Of a stretch of DNA of 64,000 nucleotides, positions 41,622 through 53,749 are shown piece by piece (positions within the stretch are counted from its first letter, which is position 1; every line of letters starts with the position of its first letter). This DNA is from Terriglobia bacterium (GTDB lineage Bacteria > Acidobacteriota > Terriglobia > JAJPHL01 > JAPKYU01). The notes under the pieces are model-generated. The model ran no database searches and was not told where the DNA came from. It saw only the letters and a list, made by a program, of their open reading frames with translations. The stretch lies in NCBI GenBank assembly GCA_965206645.1, contig CBDBKE010000004.1:1920001-1984000 (forward strand), written 5' to 3'. A program made the position numbers and the translations under genes.

Positions 41622-41855
41622 ATGACAAGCCGGAGCAGATTGTAGCGGTGCTACGGCAGATAGAAGTGCAGATGGGGAACGGGAAGACTGCGCCCCAAGC
41701 CTGCAAAGAAGCCGGAATCCACACCCAGAGCTACTACCGGTGGCGGAAGGAATATGGCGGGCTGAAGCTGGATCAGGCGAAACGGCTGAAGGAATTGGAG
41801 AAGGAAAACGCTCGCCTGAAGCGACTGGTCGCGAAGCTGTCGCTGGAGAAGCAGG
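41622..41855 (+). mobile_element. IS3 type B orfA fragment (continuation of 32806-32890), truncated
   Basis: ATGACAAGCCGGAGCAGATTG..GAGAAGCAGG; diverged from the other B copies. Confidence 0.85.
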
Positions 41856-42304
41856 CTGGCGTCTTCCACGGTTTTCTCCCAACTCTTTCCTCTCATTGTC
41901 CTTACACGGTTTTGGGGCGTCTGCTTTCGCTCGCAACGCCTACGCCTAGCCCGCTTGATGGGCGAGTTTATTGACGGTTTCTTGACGGTAGTTGCTGTCA
42001 CGACCATGCTCTACTGGCTGTGCAGCTTGTTGTCGAGCGCGATCCAGTCGTTGCGATACCAGCGCTTAATGGCCTCCACCTGCTCCCGTAACTCGCTCCC
42101 CGGTGCCGGACCTGAGGTGCTTCCTCAATCAATTGTTGTTGGGGAAATTGTAATCAGTCCTTATTGTATGCCTGCGTAGGTCCAACCCCTTATGCGCTCG
42201 ATTTTGTCGAGCGGGATCTCATAGGTGGTTCTCGGAACTCATCGTGAACAGAGAGTGGCATTGGCCGCTCCTGGACGCCCGAGCAGCCGTGGGAAGCAGC
42301 GCTA

Positions 42305-45300
42305 TTAGTCTTGGGCCGTCGTCTGGCTCTTGGCCGATGGCGGCGCATAGGTCAATCCGAAGACGTTATCCGTCAGCCATCGCCGGAACCCCTCGTTGTC
42401 TTCAAACTGCTTGAAGAGTTGCATGTCGTCGTTGAGCACGGCAGTCATCACGCGCTTCAGGGCTTGGTCATGCTCGATCCGGGCGTTCTGCCTGTCGGAG
42501 TTCTCTCGGGCATTGCGGTAGGCGGTGTCCCCTGCAACCTTGGCTGGAATTTCCTCCGTAATGAGGCGGCGAACCCGGTCCTTGTCCTCCCAGGGGATAT
42601 CCCCGAACTGGTTGTTGAAGGTCTTGAGGATGTTCGAGAGGTGATCGAGTTCAGGTTCTGGGCTGTACCCGCCACCGGTAGCCGACAACGGATCGATCTC
42701 GGCGTCCTCATCCTCCAGTTGGACGCGTATCGACGCCTTCTTCTCGACCCGGTAGCTGTCCATATCGATGGACTCAAGGATGCCTTTGGAAAGATCCTCT
42801 TCTACGGGCGCGGGGAGCTTCGGCACGAGGAAGTTGAGGAAGATGGAGAGCTTCTCCCACTCGGCATTCGTGTAAGGCAGGATTGAGGCGAGGAAGCCGT
42901 ACGCGCGCCCGAACGCCTTGGCCAGTCCACCTGCCCGTCCTCGTCGAGCTGCTCCTTGTAGACCTCAACGCAGGCGTCGAGGATGGGGTCGAGCTGGTCG
43001 CGGTCGGCCCCGCCTAGGTAGAGCGTCACGAGCCGGGCGATCTCCGCGTCGGCATACACCTGATAGCCGTCGAGGGCGGCCTTGAGGTCGTGCAGCTTGT
43101 TAGGATCCGTCTTCTCGCTGAGGATCGTTGTCCGGTAGTAGTCCGCGAACGCCTCTTGGATGGTGTTGGCACTGTTTCTGAAGTCGAGGACGAACACGTC
43201 GTGTTTCTTCGGGTGCGCTCTATTGAGACGCGACAGCGTCTGGACCGCCTTGATCCCCGACAATATCTTGTCCACGTACATCGTGTGCAACAGTGGCTCA
43301 TCATACCCGGTCTGGAACTTGTCGGCACAAATGAGGAACCGATACGGGTCCTGTTGGATCTTGTCGGCGATCCGGCTGGACGGGAAGCCATTGAGGGACG
43401 CCTCACTAGCTTTCACTCCGCCATACTCGTGCTCGCCCGAGAAGGCGACGATGGCCCGATGCTGACTCTTGCGCTCCAGGAGGTACTGCCGGATCGCATG
43501 GTAATACTGGATCGCGTGCTCAATGCCGCCTGTCACTACCATCGCGCGGGCCTCGCCGCCGATCTTGTTGAGCGCCAGCACCTGTTCGTGGAAGTGGTCC
43601 ACCATGATCTCGGCCTTGAGTCGGATGGCGTAATCGTGACTTTCCACGTATCGCCGCAGCTTCTTACGGGCGCGCTTGTTGTCGAACTCGGGATCTCCCT
43701 CGATCTTCTTGATGAGCTTGTAGTAGCTCTCGACCGGCGTGTAGTGCCGCAGCACGTCCAGGATGAAGCCCTCCTGGATCGCATGCTTCATGGTATAGCT
43801 GTGGAAGGGGCGGTGTTTGGTTTGCCCATCCGCGTCGTACGCCTCGCCGAACATCTCCAGCGTCTTGTTCTCGGGCGTGGCGGTGAAGGCGAAGTAGCTC
43901 GCGTTCGAGAGGAGCTTCCGCGCGGCCATGATGCGGTTGATCGCGTCCTCGGTGGTCTCGTCCTCCTCCTCGGCGCCCGCCTCGGAGAGCGCTCGGCTGA
44001 CCGCTGTTGAGGTCTTGCCGCCCTGACTCGAATGCGCCTCGTCGATGATGATGGCAAAGCTTCGCCCCTGCTGCTTGTTCACGATCTTGTCAAGGATGAA
44101 CGGGAACTTCTGCACCGTCGAGATGATGATTTTCTTGCCGCTCTCGATAAACCTGCGGAGGTCACCTGAGCGTTCGGCATGGCCGACGGTGGCCCCGACT
44201 TGGGCGAATTGCTTGATCGTGTCGTGGATCTGCTTGTCGAGGATGCGCCGGTCGGTGACCACGATAATGGAATCGAACACCCCCGCGTCGTCCTTTCTGA
44301 GCCCGATCAACTGGTGGGCAAGCCAAGCGATAGAGTTGGACTTCCCGCTGCCTGCCGAATGCTGAATGAGATACCGTTTCCCTGTACCGTGCTGGCACGT
44401 ATCGGCCAAGAGCTGGCGCACCACGTCGAGCTGGTGATAGCGCGGCCAGATCTGCACCTTCCTCTTCTTGCCTGTCTTCTCATTCTTGATCTCCACAACC
44501 TGCGCGTAATTCTCCAGGATGTTGGTCAACCCGTCGCGAGTGAGAATCCGCTTCCACAGGTAATCGATCTTGAGGCCGTTCGGGTTCGGTGGGTTCCCGG
44601 CCCCGTCGTTCCAGCCCTGGTTGAAGGGCAAGAACCACGAGGTCTTGCCCTTGAGGTGCGTGCAAAACCGCACTTCGTGGTCATCCACAGCGAAGTGCGC
44701 CACGCAACGCCCGAACTCGAAGAGCTTCTCGCGGGGGTTGCGGTCGCGCTTGTACTGTTCCACGGCGTCCTCGACCGTCTGCTTGGTGAGGCTGTTCTTC
44801 AGCTCGAACGTGGCAATCGGAAGGCCATTAATAAACAGGCCGAGGTCAAGTGCTCGCTGAGTCTCATCACGGCTGTAGCGGAGCTGGCGTGTAACCGAGA
44901 AGCGGTTCTGGGCGTAGCGTTCAGTAGCGACGGGATTGCCGGGAGACGGTGTGCCGTAGAAGAGTTCGACGTGATGCGGACCGTCCTTGACTCCATTGCG
45001 GAGCACGTCGATGACTCCGCGCCTGCTGATCTCGCCCTGGATCCGGGCCAGGAACTTCCGGCGCCCTGGACCATCGTCTTCCAGGTGCAGGCCCTCAAAT
45101 GCATCCGGTTGTGTTTCGACAAGGAACGCCAGGAGCTGCGCCAGATCGACCGTGTACTCGCGGTCATAGTCGTTGGGAGCGCCACAGATCCAGCCGGAGC
45201 CACCCGAGGGGGAGGCCGCTTCGCCTTCCAGGCCTGCTTGTGCTACTACGACATCGCAGGGACTGCCGGTCAAGGCGGTACAGATCAGCCGTTCGAGGCC

Positions 45301-45324
45301 GCGTTCGCTGGTGTCAGTCGTCAC
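42305..45324 (-). pseudogene. hsdR: Type I restriction endonuclease subunit R, frameshifted near 42923
   Basis: FELKN, QHSAGSGKS, IIDEAH, FTATP, QTLSRLNR; C-terminus in a second frame (42305..42826). Confidence 0.88.
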
Positions 45325-46754
45325 ACCGCAGCCTCCCCGGTGGTGGTGGCGTCTTCGATGGGCTCTTCTTCGCCGTTGATCAAGGGGTCGGTCTCGTCTA
45401 GAGGTTCGGTTTCCTTGTCCTCGTCCGGCAATCGAGCCGCCGCCGACCTAACGTCGAGCTTGCCGGTGACCACGTCGGCGATGAGGCGGGTACGGTATTC
45501 GCGGAGGAGAGAGATTTCGCGGGCCGCCTGGGCAATTGCCAGTCCACTTGGCCCTCCAACATTTTCTATGAACTCCAGTATGGCATCTTGCGCTTTGCGG
45601 CTCGGATACCAAAACCAGCACCCTCCAAGGGCCTCCCGATTAACTTTCGGCATGGCAACCCGAAGCGAGCAGTCAACAGCGTAATTCGTAAAAGGCAGAG
45701 ACAGGAGCAGCAGCAAGAGATAGGCGGGCCGCAGTTCGGTCTCGCGCACTGCTATCGGATACATGTCGGCGCTGCACAAGCAGTCCAGGGGGGCGATTGC
45801 AGCCTTCCTAAGATTCGGCCGGATCTTGCTGTATATGACTTGACCCCGGCGAACCTCGTACTTACCGGAGTCCGCGCCCTGGTTATCTGCTGTTTCCAGA
45901 TGAATGATTTCACCAGTACCTATCCTGATGTGATTCGGTGCAACAAGAATTTTGCCCCGGTGCTCTGGTCTGCGAGGATCAACTTGGCCGTTTGCGACCC
46001 GCGCCAGGAACTTGAAGCGCTTCACCTCCCAATACTTCGGAACATCCCCCAGCCACTCCACGCCGGAGGGCTTGTAGGCCGGGTAGGGCTGGCCGGTGCG
46101 GACGTCCACTTGGCCCGTCACGGCCTGGTGGATAATGGCCTGCTTCTGCTCCTCCAGCAGCGTGATCAACTTCTGCTTGGCGCGGATGTAGCGCCGAATG
46201 CTCCGGTTAGCGTGGTCGAGGAAACGAACGATGGCGGCTTGTTCGGGGAGGGGAGGCAGGCACCCATAGATCATCTTGAAATGCTCAGGCCGCAGGCTCC
46301 ACATGTCGGATGTGATCCCGTAGGACCACCGCTCAGCCTCCTTTGCGAAGGCAGGAGTCCGCAACAGGTGGTGGAGGTAGTGCGAACTAGCCCCTTTGCG
46401 CGGGCGCTCGACCACATACGCAGGACTCACGATCCCCTGGTAGTCAGAAACCCCAACGGCCCCCTGCCAGGCTCGCATCTTATTGTACGTGATGTCGCCA
46501 GACCGGACGAGCTTGTAAGCGGACTTGTCCTGGTTCGAGCTGTCCTTCTTCGAACTGTCAGCCAAAAGTGCTTGCTGCCGGATGACACCCTTTATGATCG
46601 TCACTGAAAGCATTTGTTCTTCTGGATGGCCGCGTTCCTTCACCTCCGCAAAGAGCGCACGATTCGGCAGCACCTCCCAATGCTTTGGCACAACTCCCAG
46701 CCATTCGATGCCGGAGTTCTTCATCTTCGGATAGGGGATGAGGTTTGCGATCAT
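45321..46754 (-). CDS. hsdS: Type I R-M specificity subunit S
   Basis: SGIEWLG-x-VPKHW twice, PPLPEQAAIVRFLD, LREYRTRLIADVVTGKLDVR. Confidence 0.92.
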   Translation of the reverse strand: MIANLIPYPKMKNSGIEWLGVVPKHWEVLPNRALFAEVKERGHPEEQMLSVTIIKGVIRQQALLADSSKKDSSNQDKSAYKLVRSGDITYNKMRAWQGAVGVSDYQGIVSPAYVVERPRKGASSHYLHHLLRTPAFAKEAERWSYGITSDMWSLRPEHFKMIYGCLPPLPEQAAIVRFLDHANRSIRRYIRAKQKLITLLEEQKQAIIHQAVTGQVDVRTGQPYPAYKPSGVEWLGDVPKYWEVKRFKFLARVANGQVDPRRPEHRGKILVAPNHIRIGTGEIIHLETADNQGADSGKYEVRRGQVIYSKIRPNLRKAAIAPLDCLCSADMYPIAVRETELRPAYLLLLLLSLPFTNYAVDCSLRVAMPKVNREALGGCWFWYPSRKAQDAILEFIENVGGPSGLAIAQAAREISLLREYRTRLIADVVTGKLDVRSAAARLPDEDKETEPLDETDPLINGEEEPIEDATTTGEAAV

Positions 46755-47557
46755 TGGGAGTTACCCATTCGCGTTGACACGCAATCGTCGAGCTTGCGGT
46801 GGAGCAGTGAGATCAGGGACAGATAGTCCGCTGCATCATCCTCACCCTCCCAGAGAATCTTTGGTTCATGCGCTAATGGATTACGAACTGCTCCAAAGCA
46901 GCCCTTGAGCAGGGTCGCAAACCCCTTGTGCAGGGACTTCTCCGTTTCGGTTTGCAGCGCATTCATCGCAAGTAGCGGCCTTTCGATGGAGAAAACGCGG
47001 TCGACCAAGGCTGCTCCATCCGCCTCAATGCTGACCATATCGCGAATTCTCTGCGCCAATCCCTTGGTCGCCTCGAATACCGCGTGAAAGTAGTTAGCTT
47101 GCATTAGCTCCGTTCGGCAGTACTTGAGCACTTCCGGATGCAAGCGCCGACCCTGAAACTTGCTGCGGATCGTCTGAACGCGACGCTCCGCCTCATCAAG
47201 TGTCCGTGCAGCCTCTCGTTGTTTGAACTGGCCATCCGCACCGAGTTCTAAACCTGAGAATGCAAGAAGAGTATTCAGCTCGCTACGATGCTGCTCGAAG
47301 ACCTCTCTGCGTCCGACGAAACGCGTAGGTGTCAGAAAAGATTGAACGAAATCGAGTACTCGATTAGCGCACATGTCCCGCCGCTGCACGTTGAGGAACA
47401 CCCAATAGAGCCGACGCCACTTGGTAGATTGCTCCGAATCATCAGTCAGTTGCCGGTCTACCAGAACACGAGTGATATCCGATCCCGATCCACACTCACC
47501 CAGCAGTTTAGCTAGCCCTTCGATCTGACCTTCCGGCAAGCAGGCAACCTTACTCAC
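46751..47557 (-). CDS. TIGR02391 (Ymh-like) HEPN-domain protein
   Basis: TKWRRLY, NYFHAVFEATK, RNPLAH (Rx4H), SLLHRKLD. Confidence 0.82.
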   Translation of the reverse strand: MSKVACLPEGQIEGLAKLLGECGSGSDITRVLVDRQLTDDSEQSTKWRRLYWVFLNVQRRDMCANRVLDFVQSFLTPTRFVGRREVFEQHRSELNTLLAFSGLELGADGQFKQREAARTLDEAERRVQTIRSKFQGRRLHPEVLKYCRTELMQANYFHAVFEATKGLAQRIRDMVSIEADGAALVDRVFSIERPLLAMNALQTETEKSLHKGFATLLKGCFGAVRNPLAHEPKILWEGEDDAADYLSLISLLHRKLDDCVSTRMGNSQ

Positions 47558-49688
47558 GAGACGTTCTCCCCAATGATCTCCCCGAGTAGCCCTTCGGTCT
47601 CCTTCTCCAGAGTCAGGATGTCCGCGCGGATTTCCTCCAGCGAGCGCAGCGGCTGCGGCTTGTAGAAGTAGCGGGTGAAGCTGATCTCGTAGCCGGTCTT
47701 GACGCTCCCCGACATGTACCAGGCATCAGCCGCATAGGGCAGCACCTCGCGGCGAAAGAATGCCTCTATGCCGCCTTCTTCCAATAACGGCACCTGCTCG
47801 GTGTCCCGCAGTTCGCTGTCGGGTTCGTACTCAACCACGCGGCGCTTGCCTTTCACTGTGGATTCGAACAGACCCCGGATTGGGTCCGGCTCCATCCTGC
47901 CCGGTTTGTGGATCTTCTTGATGACGGGTTCGGCCGCCTCGTCCCGCGCGGCCAATGACGTCTGAAGCAACTTGTTTCGCTTGGCCGTCAACTGAACGCC
48001 ATGCTCGGAGACATCCGTTTCGACGGCAGCCATGAAGCGATTGAAGTCGAGGTGAGGTCCGGCTCCTAACGTCGCTGCCACACGGTCGGCGACGTTTGCA
48101 ATCGGCTCTTCCTGCGCTTCCCAGCAGGCGGCGCGGAAGCGGGCGCGTTGTTCGGGCGACAGATCGACGGCGAGCCGCAATGGTCGTTCGACCGTCACCT
48201 TCCAGTACCCGAACGTGGCGTTCGGGAATATCTTCGACTGCTCGGTTTCCTCAAACGCCAGGAAAGTGTCGCAGATGCGGGTGATGTCCTCCTCAGACAG
48301 CTCGCAGTTTTTCTCGCCCAGGTTCTTGCGGAGCGGCTTGAACCACGGCGTGCCATCGATGAGCTGTACCTTGCCCCGCCGATGCTCTGGTTTCCTGTTG
48401 CTGATCACCCAGATGTAGGTGGCGATGCTGGTGTTGTAGAACATGTTGAGCGGCAGGGCGACGATGGCTTCCAACCAGTCGTTTTCGATGATCCAGCGGC
48501 GGATATTGCTCTCGCCCTGCCCGGCGTCGCCGGTGAACAACGACGAACCGTTGTGGACCTCAGCGATGCGGCTGCCGAGCGGGGTGACCTGCTTCATCTT
48601 CGAGAGCATGTTTGCCAGAAACAGCATTTGACCGTCGCTAGAGCGGGTGATGAGTGAGTACTCGGCATCACCACCGTGTTCGATCAGAAAGCGCGGGTCC
48701 TTGATGCCTGCTTTGCCGCCCATGCGCTCCATGTCGCTCTTCCAGCTCTTGCCATAGGGCGGGTTAGAGAGCATGAAGTCGAACTCGCGGGACGGAAAAG
48801 CGTCGTTGGAGAGCGTCGAGTGTTCCGGACCCCCGACGATGTTGTCAGCGGCTTCCCCCTCACCTTTGAGGAGCAAGTCCGCCTTGGCAATGGCGTAGGT
48901 CTCGGAGTTGATTTCCTGGCCGTAGAGATGTGTGGCGACCTGCTTGCCTCGCTGTTTGGCGATCTGCGTCAACGCCTCCTCGGCCACCGTCAACATGCCG
49001 CCGGTGCCGCATGCACCGTCGTACACCAGATAGGTCCCCGAGTCGATCTGGTCGGCGACAGGCAGCAGGACCAGCTTCGCCATGAGCTTCACAGCATCGC
49101 GCGGGGTCCAGTGCTCGCCGGCCTCCTCGTTGTTCTCCTCGTTGAAGCGGCGGACCAGTTCTTCGAAGATCGTGCCCATCGCGTGGTTATCCAGGCCGGG
49201 GTGCTTGATCGACCCGTCGCCATGCAGAACCGGGTGGGGACTCAGGTTCACGTCCGGCGAGAGAAACTTCTCGATCAGCGTGCCGAGGGCGTCGGCTTTG
49301 GACAGGCGGGGAATCTGGTTCCGAAACTCGAACTTCTCCAGGATGTCCTGGACATTCGGCGAGAAGCCGTCGAGATATGCCTCGAAGTCGGCCTTGAGCT
49401 GCTGTTGGCTGGCGCGGGCCTTGAGGTGAACTTCGATGTGTTGTAGAACGCTTGGCCGGCGGCCTGACGCAGTGCCTGGTCCTGGTGGATGATCTTCCCC
49501 TTGTCGAGCGAGGTCTTCATCTCCAGCACTGCCGGCTTGCTCGGCTCCAGGAGCGAGTCGAGCCGGCGCAACACGGTCATGGGCAAGATCACATCCCGAT
49601 ACTTGCCACGGACGTAGAGGTCGCGCAGCACGTCATCCGCGATGCCCCAGATGAAGTTGGCGATCCAGTTGAGTTGGCTTCCCTCCAA
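47554..49688 (-). pseudogene. hsdM: Type I R-M methyltransferase subunit M, frameshifted near 49425
   Basis: IWGIADDVLRD, GEHWTPR, YDGACGTGGML, NPPY; N-terminus in a different frame. Confidence 0.88.
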
Positions 49689-49780
49689 GCTCAGATCCTC
49701 CCGATATTCTTGGTGTCCCTGGCGAATTGCTAGTTTACGGCCTAATTCCTGGGTTTAGCGGTTCTTGCTAAGATGCTGAG

Positions 49781-50495
49781 ATGCGCAATCTCGTTATCCT
49801 TGTTGTCCATGTCATGGCTACTCTTGCCCGGCTCTTGGGTCCGGGTGGCATTCGCTCTGTGATCGCCGAGTCCGTTCTTGTCAAGCAATAACTCCTGATC
49901 CTTAATCGTTCGCGACAGCGATCTCCCAATCTACGCACTTCAGATCGCCTCGCCGCCGGCCTGTGTGCTCTCCTCATCCGCCCCGCCCGCCTGATCCGCT
50001 CAGCAATCGTGCTGAAGCCTTCGACTCTTTTGGGCCTCCACCGGGCTCTGAGGAACCGAAAATATTGCCTGCTCTTTTCATCCAAGCACCGGCGTAAGCC
50101 CGGACCAAACGGACCCAACAAAGAACTCATCGACGCTGTTGTCCAGATGAAGCAGCGCAATCCCACCTGGGGCTGCCCGCGAATCGCTCAGCAGATTGCC
50201 TTGGCTTTCGACATCCCCATCGACAAAGACGTTGTTCGAAGGATTCTCGCCAGCCACTATCGGCCGAAAAAGGACTCCGGTGGTCCATCCTGGCTGACCT
50301 TCATTGGCCACATGAAGGACAGCCTCTGGAGTATAGATCTGTTCCGGTGCGAATCGGCCACGTTGCGGACCCGCTGGGTCTTGGTCGTCATGGATCAATA
50401 CACTCGCCGGATCATTGGGTTCGGCGTCCACGCCGGAACCGTCAATGGCGTGGCACTTTGCCGCATGTTCAACCGCGCCATTCGATGGCAACCCT
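49781..50495 (+). pseudogene. Integrase-core (rve) transposase with internal stop, truncated by IS3
   Basis: LKPSTLL, NPTWGCPRI, WSIDLF, VMDQYTRRI; TAA near 49888. Confidence 0.75.
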
Positions 50496-51745
50496 TGACC
50501 TGACCGGCACTTTTTGTACCAAGTGGAAAGAGAGAGAATCCACTTGAGGAGGAAGTGAGGTCATGCCGACAAGGAGTTACAAGCCGGAGCAGATTGTAGC
50601 GGTGCTACGGCAGATAGAAGTGCAGATGGGGAACGGGAAGACTGCGCCCCAAGCCTGCAAAGAAGCTGGAATCCACACCCAAACCTACTACCGGTGGCGG
50701 AAGGAATACGGCGGGCTGAAGGTGGTGCAGGCAAAACGGCTAAAGGAGTTGGAGAAGGAAAACACGCGGCTGAAGCGGTTGGTAGCGGAGCTTTCTCTGG
50801 AGAAGCAGGTGCTGCGGGATGTGGCACAGGGAAACTTCTGAGCCCTGAGCGGCGGCGTTGTGCGGTGGAGCGTGCGTGGGAGCAACACGGGTTGTCGGAA
50901 CGGCATGCCTGCCGGCTGCTGGGGCAATGGCGAGGGACACAACGATACGAGCCGATTCATCGGGTGGACGAGGATGCTCTGACCCGAGCGATCATTGCCC
51001 TGGGAGCGAAGTACGGGCGATATGGCTACCGGAGGATCACAGCGTTGCTGCGGAGTGCGGGCTGGGAAGTGGGCAAGGACCGGGTGCAGCGGATTTGGCG
51101 GCGGGAAGGGCTGAAAGTGCCGCAAAAACAAAGGCCGCGAGGACGGCTGTGGCTGAACGACGGTTCCTGTGTACGACTGAGGCCGGAGCGACCGAACCAC
51201 GTGTGGAGCTACGACTTCATGAGTGCCAGAACGCACGAGGGGAGAACGCTGCGGCTGCTGACCTTGCTGGATGAGTACACGCGGGAATGCCTGGCGATCC
51301 GGGTGGAGCGGAGGATGGGCAGCCAACAAATCATTGAGGCGTTGTCGGACGTGATGTTGTGGCGAGGGATACCGGAACAGATTCGATCCGACAATGGTCC
51401 CGAGTTCATCGCCAAACAACTGCGCCAGTGGTTGGCAAATCTAGGGACCGGGACACTGTACATCGAACCGGGCAGTCCCTGGGAGAACGGGTACTGCGAG
51501 AGTTTCAATGGGAAGCTGCGGGACGAATGCCTGAATGGAGAGATCTTCTACTCGTTGAAGGAGGCACAGGTGGTGATTGAACAGTGGAGGGTGCAATACA
51601 ACACGGTGCGGCCGCACTCGGCGCTCGGCTATAGGCCCCCGGCGCCGGGGGCCTATAGCCCTCCCCTGCCACTGAAACCAGTTTCACAGCCCCAGGCTGC
51701 GATGTAAACTCTCACTACGGTTGGTACAAAAAATCGGTCTGGTCA
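50496..51745 (+). mobile_element. IS3 type B, copy 2
   Basis: 1250 bp; orfA 50563-50841, orfB to 51707; no target duplication. Confidence 0.95.
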
Positions 51746-52096
51746 CTGTCTCTCAGTGACGACGCATCGGCGAAGATCGCCTCGGAACTCTGCGGGCAGG
51801 TGACGAAGATCAAGGGATCCTACACCATCAGCGAATCCTCCAAGCACGCCGAAATCTCCCCGCTATCGGGTCGCGCCGGGGGCGGCGGCGGGAGCATGGG
51901 CGCCACCAAATCCTTCCGGGAACAGCGGGAGGCGATCTTTCACCCGCGAGACTTCGCGCTGCTCTCGAACTGTCAGGCGATCTGTCTGCCCTATGACGGC
52001 GCGCAAACGCTGGAGGCGTGCCGGGTCTACCTCAAGCCGCACTATCTCCCCAGAGAGCGGTCCTACTGGCGAGCGCGGGAAGCGGGGCAGATATGA
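51746..52096 (+). pseudogene. C-terminal remnant of a VirD4/TraD-like coupling protein
   Basis: LSDDASAKIASELCG..FHPRDFALLSNCQAICLPYDG; overlaps the VirB11-like start. Confidence 0.55.
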
Positions 52097-53058
52097 GCGC
52101 CGCCAGCGGCCTGGAGCATCTAAAACCGTTTTTGCCGGGCCTGGAGGACGTCCTGGCCGACCCGGAGGTGAGCGAGATCATGATTAACGGCCCCCATAAC
52201 GTCTGGGTCGAGCGGGGAGGGAAGCTCCTATCACACGATGCTCCCCGCCTCGATGCGGCGGCGCTGGAGCGGGCCGCGATCCATATCGCCCGGCCCTTGG
52301 GGCTGGACCCGGCCCACTCGCCCATCGTGGATGCCCGCTTGGAGGATGGCTCGCGGGTTGCGATCTGTGTGCCGCCCGCAAGTCCTCGCGTGGCTATTAC
52401 GGTGCGGCGCTTCGGCAAGCGCTCGTTTTCCGCCGATGATCTGGTGGGGCAAGGCGCACTCCCCGAAAATGTGCGGGCGGAAGCCGAGCGGGTGTTGTGC
52501 TCCCGACGCAACATCCTGGTTTCAGGCGGCACTGGATCGGGCAAGACCACCCTGCTTAACGCACTTATTGAATTGCTTCCCGACGACGAGCGCGTCGTCG
52601 CCATCGAGGACACGCTGGAGCTTCGCATTGATCGCTCTAGTTGCGTCCGCTTCGAGGCTCGCGGGCTGGAAACCGGCGCGGTGACGATCCGCAACCTGGT
52701 GCGCCACGCGCTTCGCCACCGCCCGGATCACATCGTGGTGGGCGAGGTCCGGGGCGGGGAGGCCGCTGATCTATTGCAAGCCCTCAATACCGGCCACGGC
52801 GGCTCCCTCACGACCGTACACGCCAACAACGCCGAGTCGGCCTTGTCGCGCATCGCCAGTTGCGCCATGCAGGGCGGCGGCGAGCTTCCCTGGGAGGTGA
52901 CCTGCCGGGGCGTGGTGGACGGCATCGCTATGGTGATTCACATGACCCGGCGAGAGGGACGTCGGTTCGTGGAGGAAGCGCTGCTCGTCCAGGGTTACAA
53001 CGCGCCGCAAAACCGCTGGCTTATCAAGCCGATCTGGACGGAACACGATGACGGATGA
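52093..53058 (+). CDS. VirB11/TrbB/CpaF-family secretion ATPase
   Basis: EIMING, GGTGSGKTT, IEDTLEL, RHRPDHIVVGEVRG, NTGHGG..TVHAN. Confidence 0.9.
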   Translation: MSAASGLEHLKPFLPGLEDVLADPEVSEIMINGPHNVWVERGGKLLSHDAPRLDAAALERAAIHIARPLGLDPAHSPIVDARLEDGSRVAICVPPASPRVAITVRRFGKRSFSADDLVGQGALPENVRAEAERVLCSRRNILVSGGTGSGKTTLLNALIELLPDDERVVAIEDTLELRIDRSSCVRFEARGLETGAVTIRNLVRHALRHRPDHIVVGEVRGGEAADLLQALNTGHGGSLTTVHANNAESALSRIASCAMQGGGELPWEVTCRGVVDGIAMVIHMTRREGRRFVEEALLVQGYNAPQNRWLIKPIWTEHDDG

Positions 53059-53488
53059 AGACTCTGAAGGACTTCGACCGGGAGCTCGGCCGGGGCGGTG
53101 AGGAGACGCTGGAAGTCCCGGCCTGGATCGCCGAACAAGACGGCGTCTTTCCCGAAGACGCAGGCCGCCGGACTCGCCGATCCGGAGCGGAAGGTGGATC
53201 TGGTAAAGCGCTCGGTCCGGCGTGGAGAGAGGAGAGGACGGGAGTTCGCGTCGGTTCTTCCCAAGACCACGTTCAACTTTTTCAGGGCTCCCCTGTGCTG
53301 CGATAAGCCATAACACCTTTCCGGAGGTCGGAGCGGACAGCGCGACCCTACTTAACAAAGCCCCAAGAGCGGAACTTCAACCTGCGTGTAGCGCTGATGC
53401 GACTGAGTTTTCAGCGTGGGGCAATCGTCATGGCAAGCTTTCACCCAGGTCGCTAATCGTTTTTCTGGACTCTTAAGGGAAGGCAAAT

Positions 53489-53749
53489 ATGGCCCGGACC
53501 AGCTATGAGGAAGGACGGGAAGAATTGATGCCGGGGAGCGCAGAGCGGCGAAATACGGATTTTCCCCTGACCGTTAGAGATGCTTCCATATACCTTGGTG
53601 TTAGCCCTCAAACCGTGTATCTTTGGGTCGAGCGAAAGCAGATTCCCCATCTCCGCGTGATGGGCCGGAACATCCGGTTTCTCAAATCGGATCTCGAGCC
53701 CTTCCGCGCAAGCTTCAGACAGGAGGTGGAGAATGGCAAGGCCGAGTAA
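53489..53749 (+). CDS. Excisionase-like HTH protein
   Basis: LTVRDASIYLGVSPQTVYLWVERKQIPHLRV..IRF; overlaps the integrase start. Confidence 0.85.
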   Translation: MARTSYEEGREELMPGSAERRNTDFPLTVRDASIYLGVSPQTVYLWVERKQIPHLRVMGRNIRFLKSDLEPFRASFRQEVENGKAE

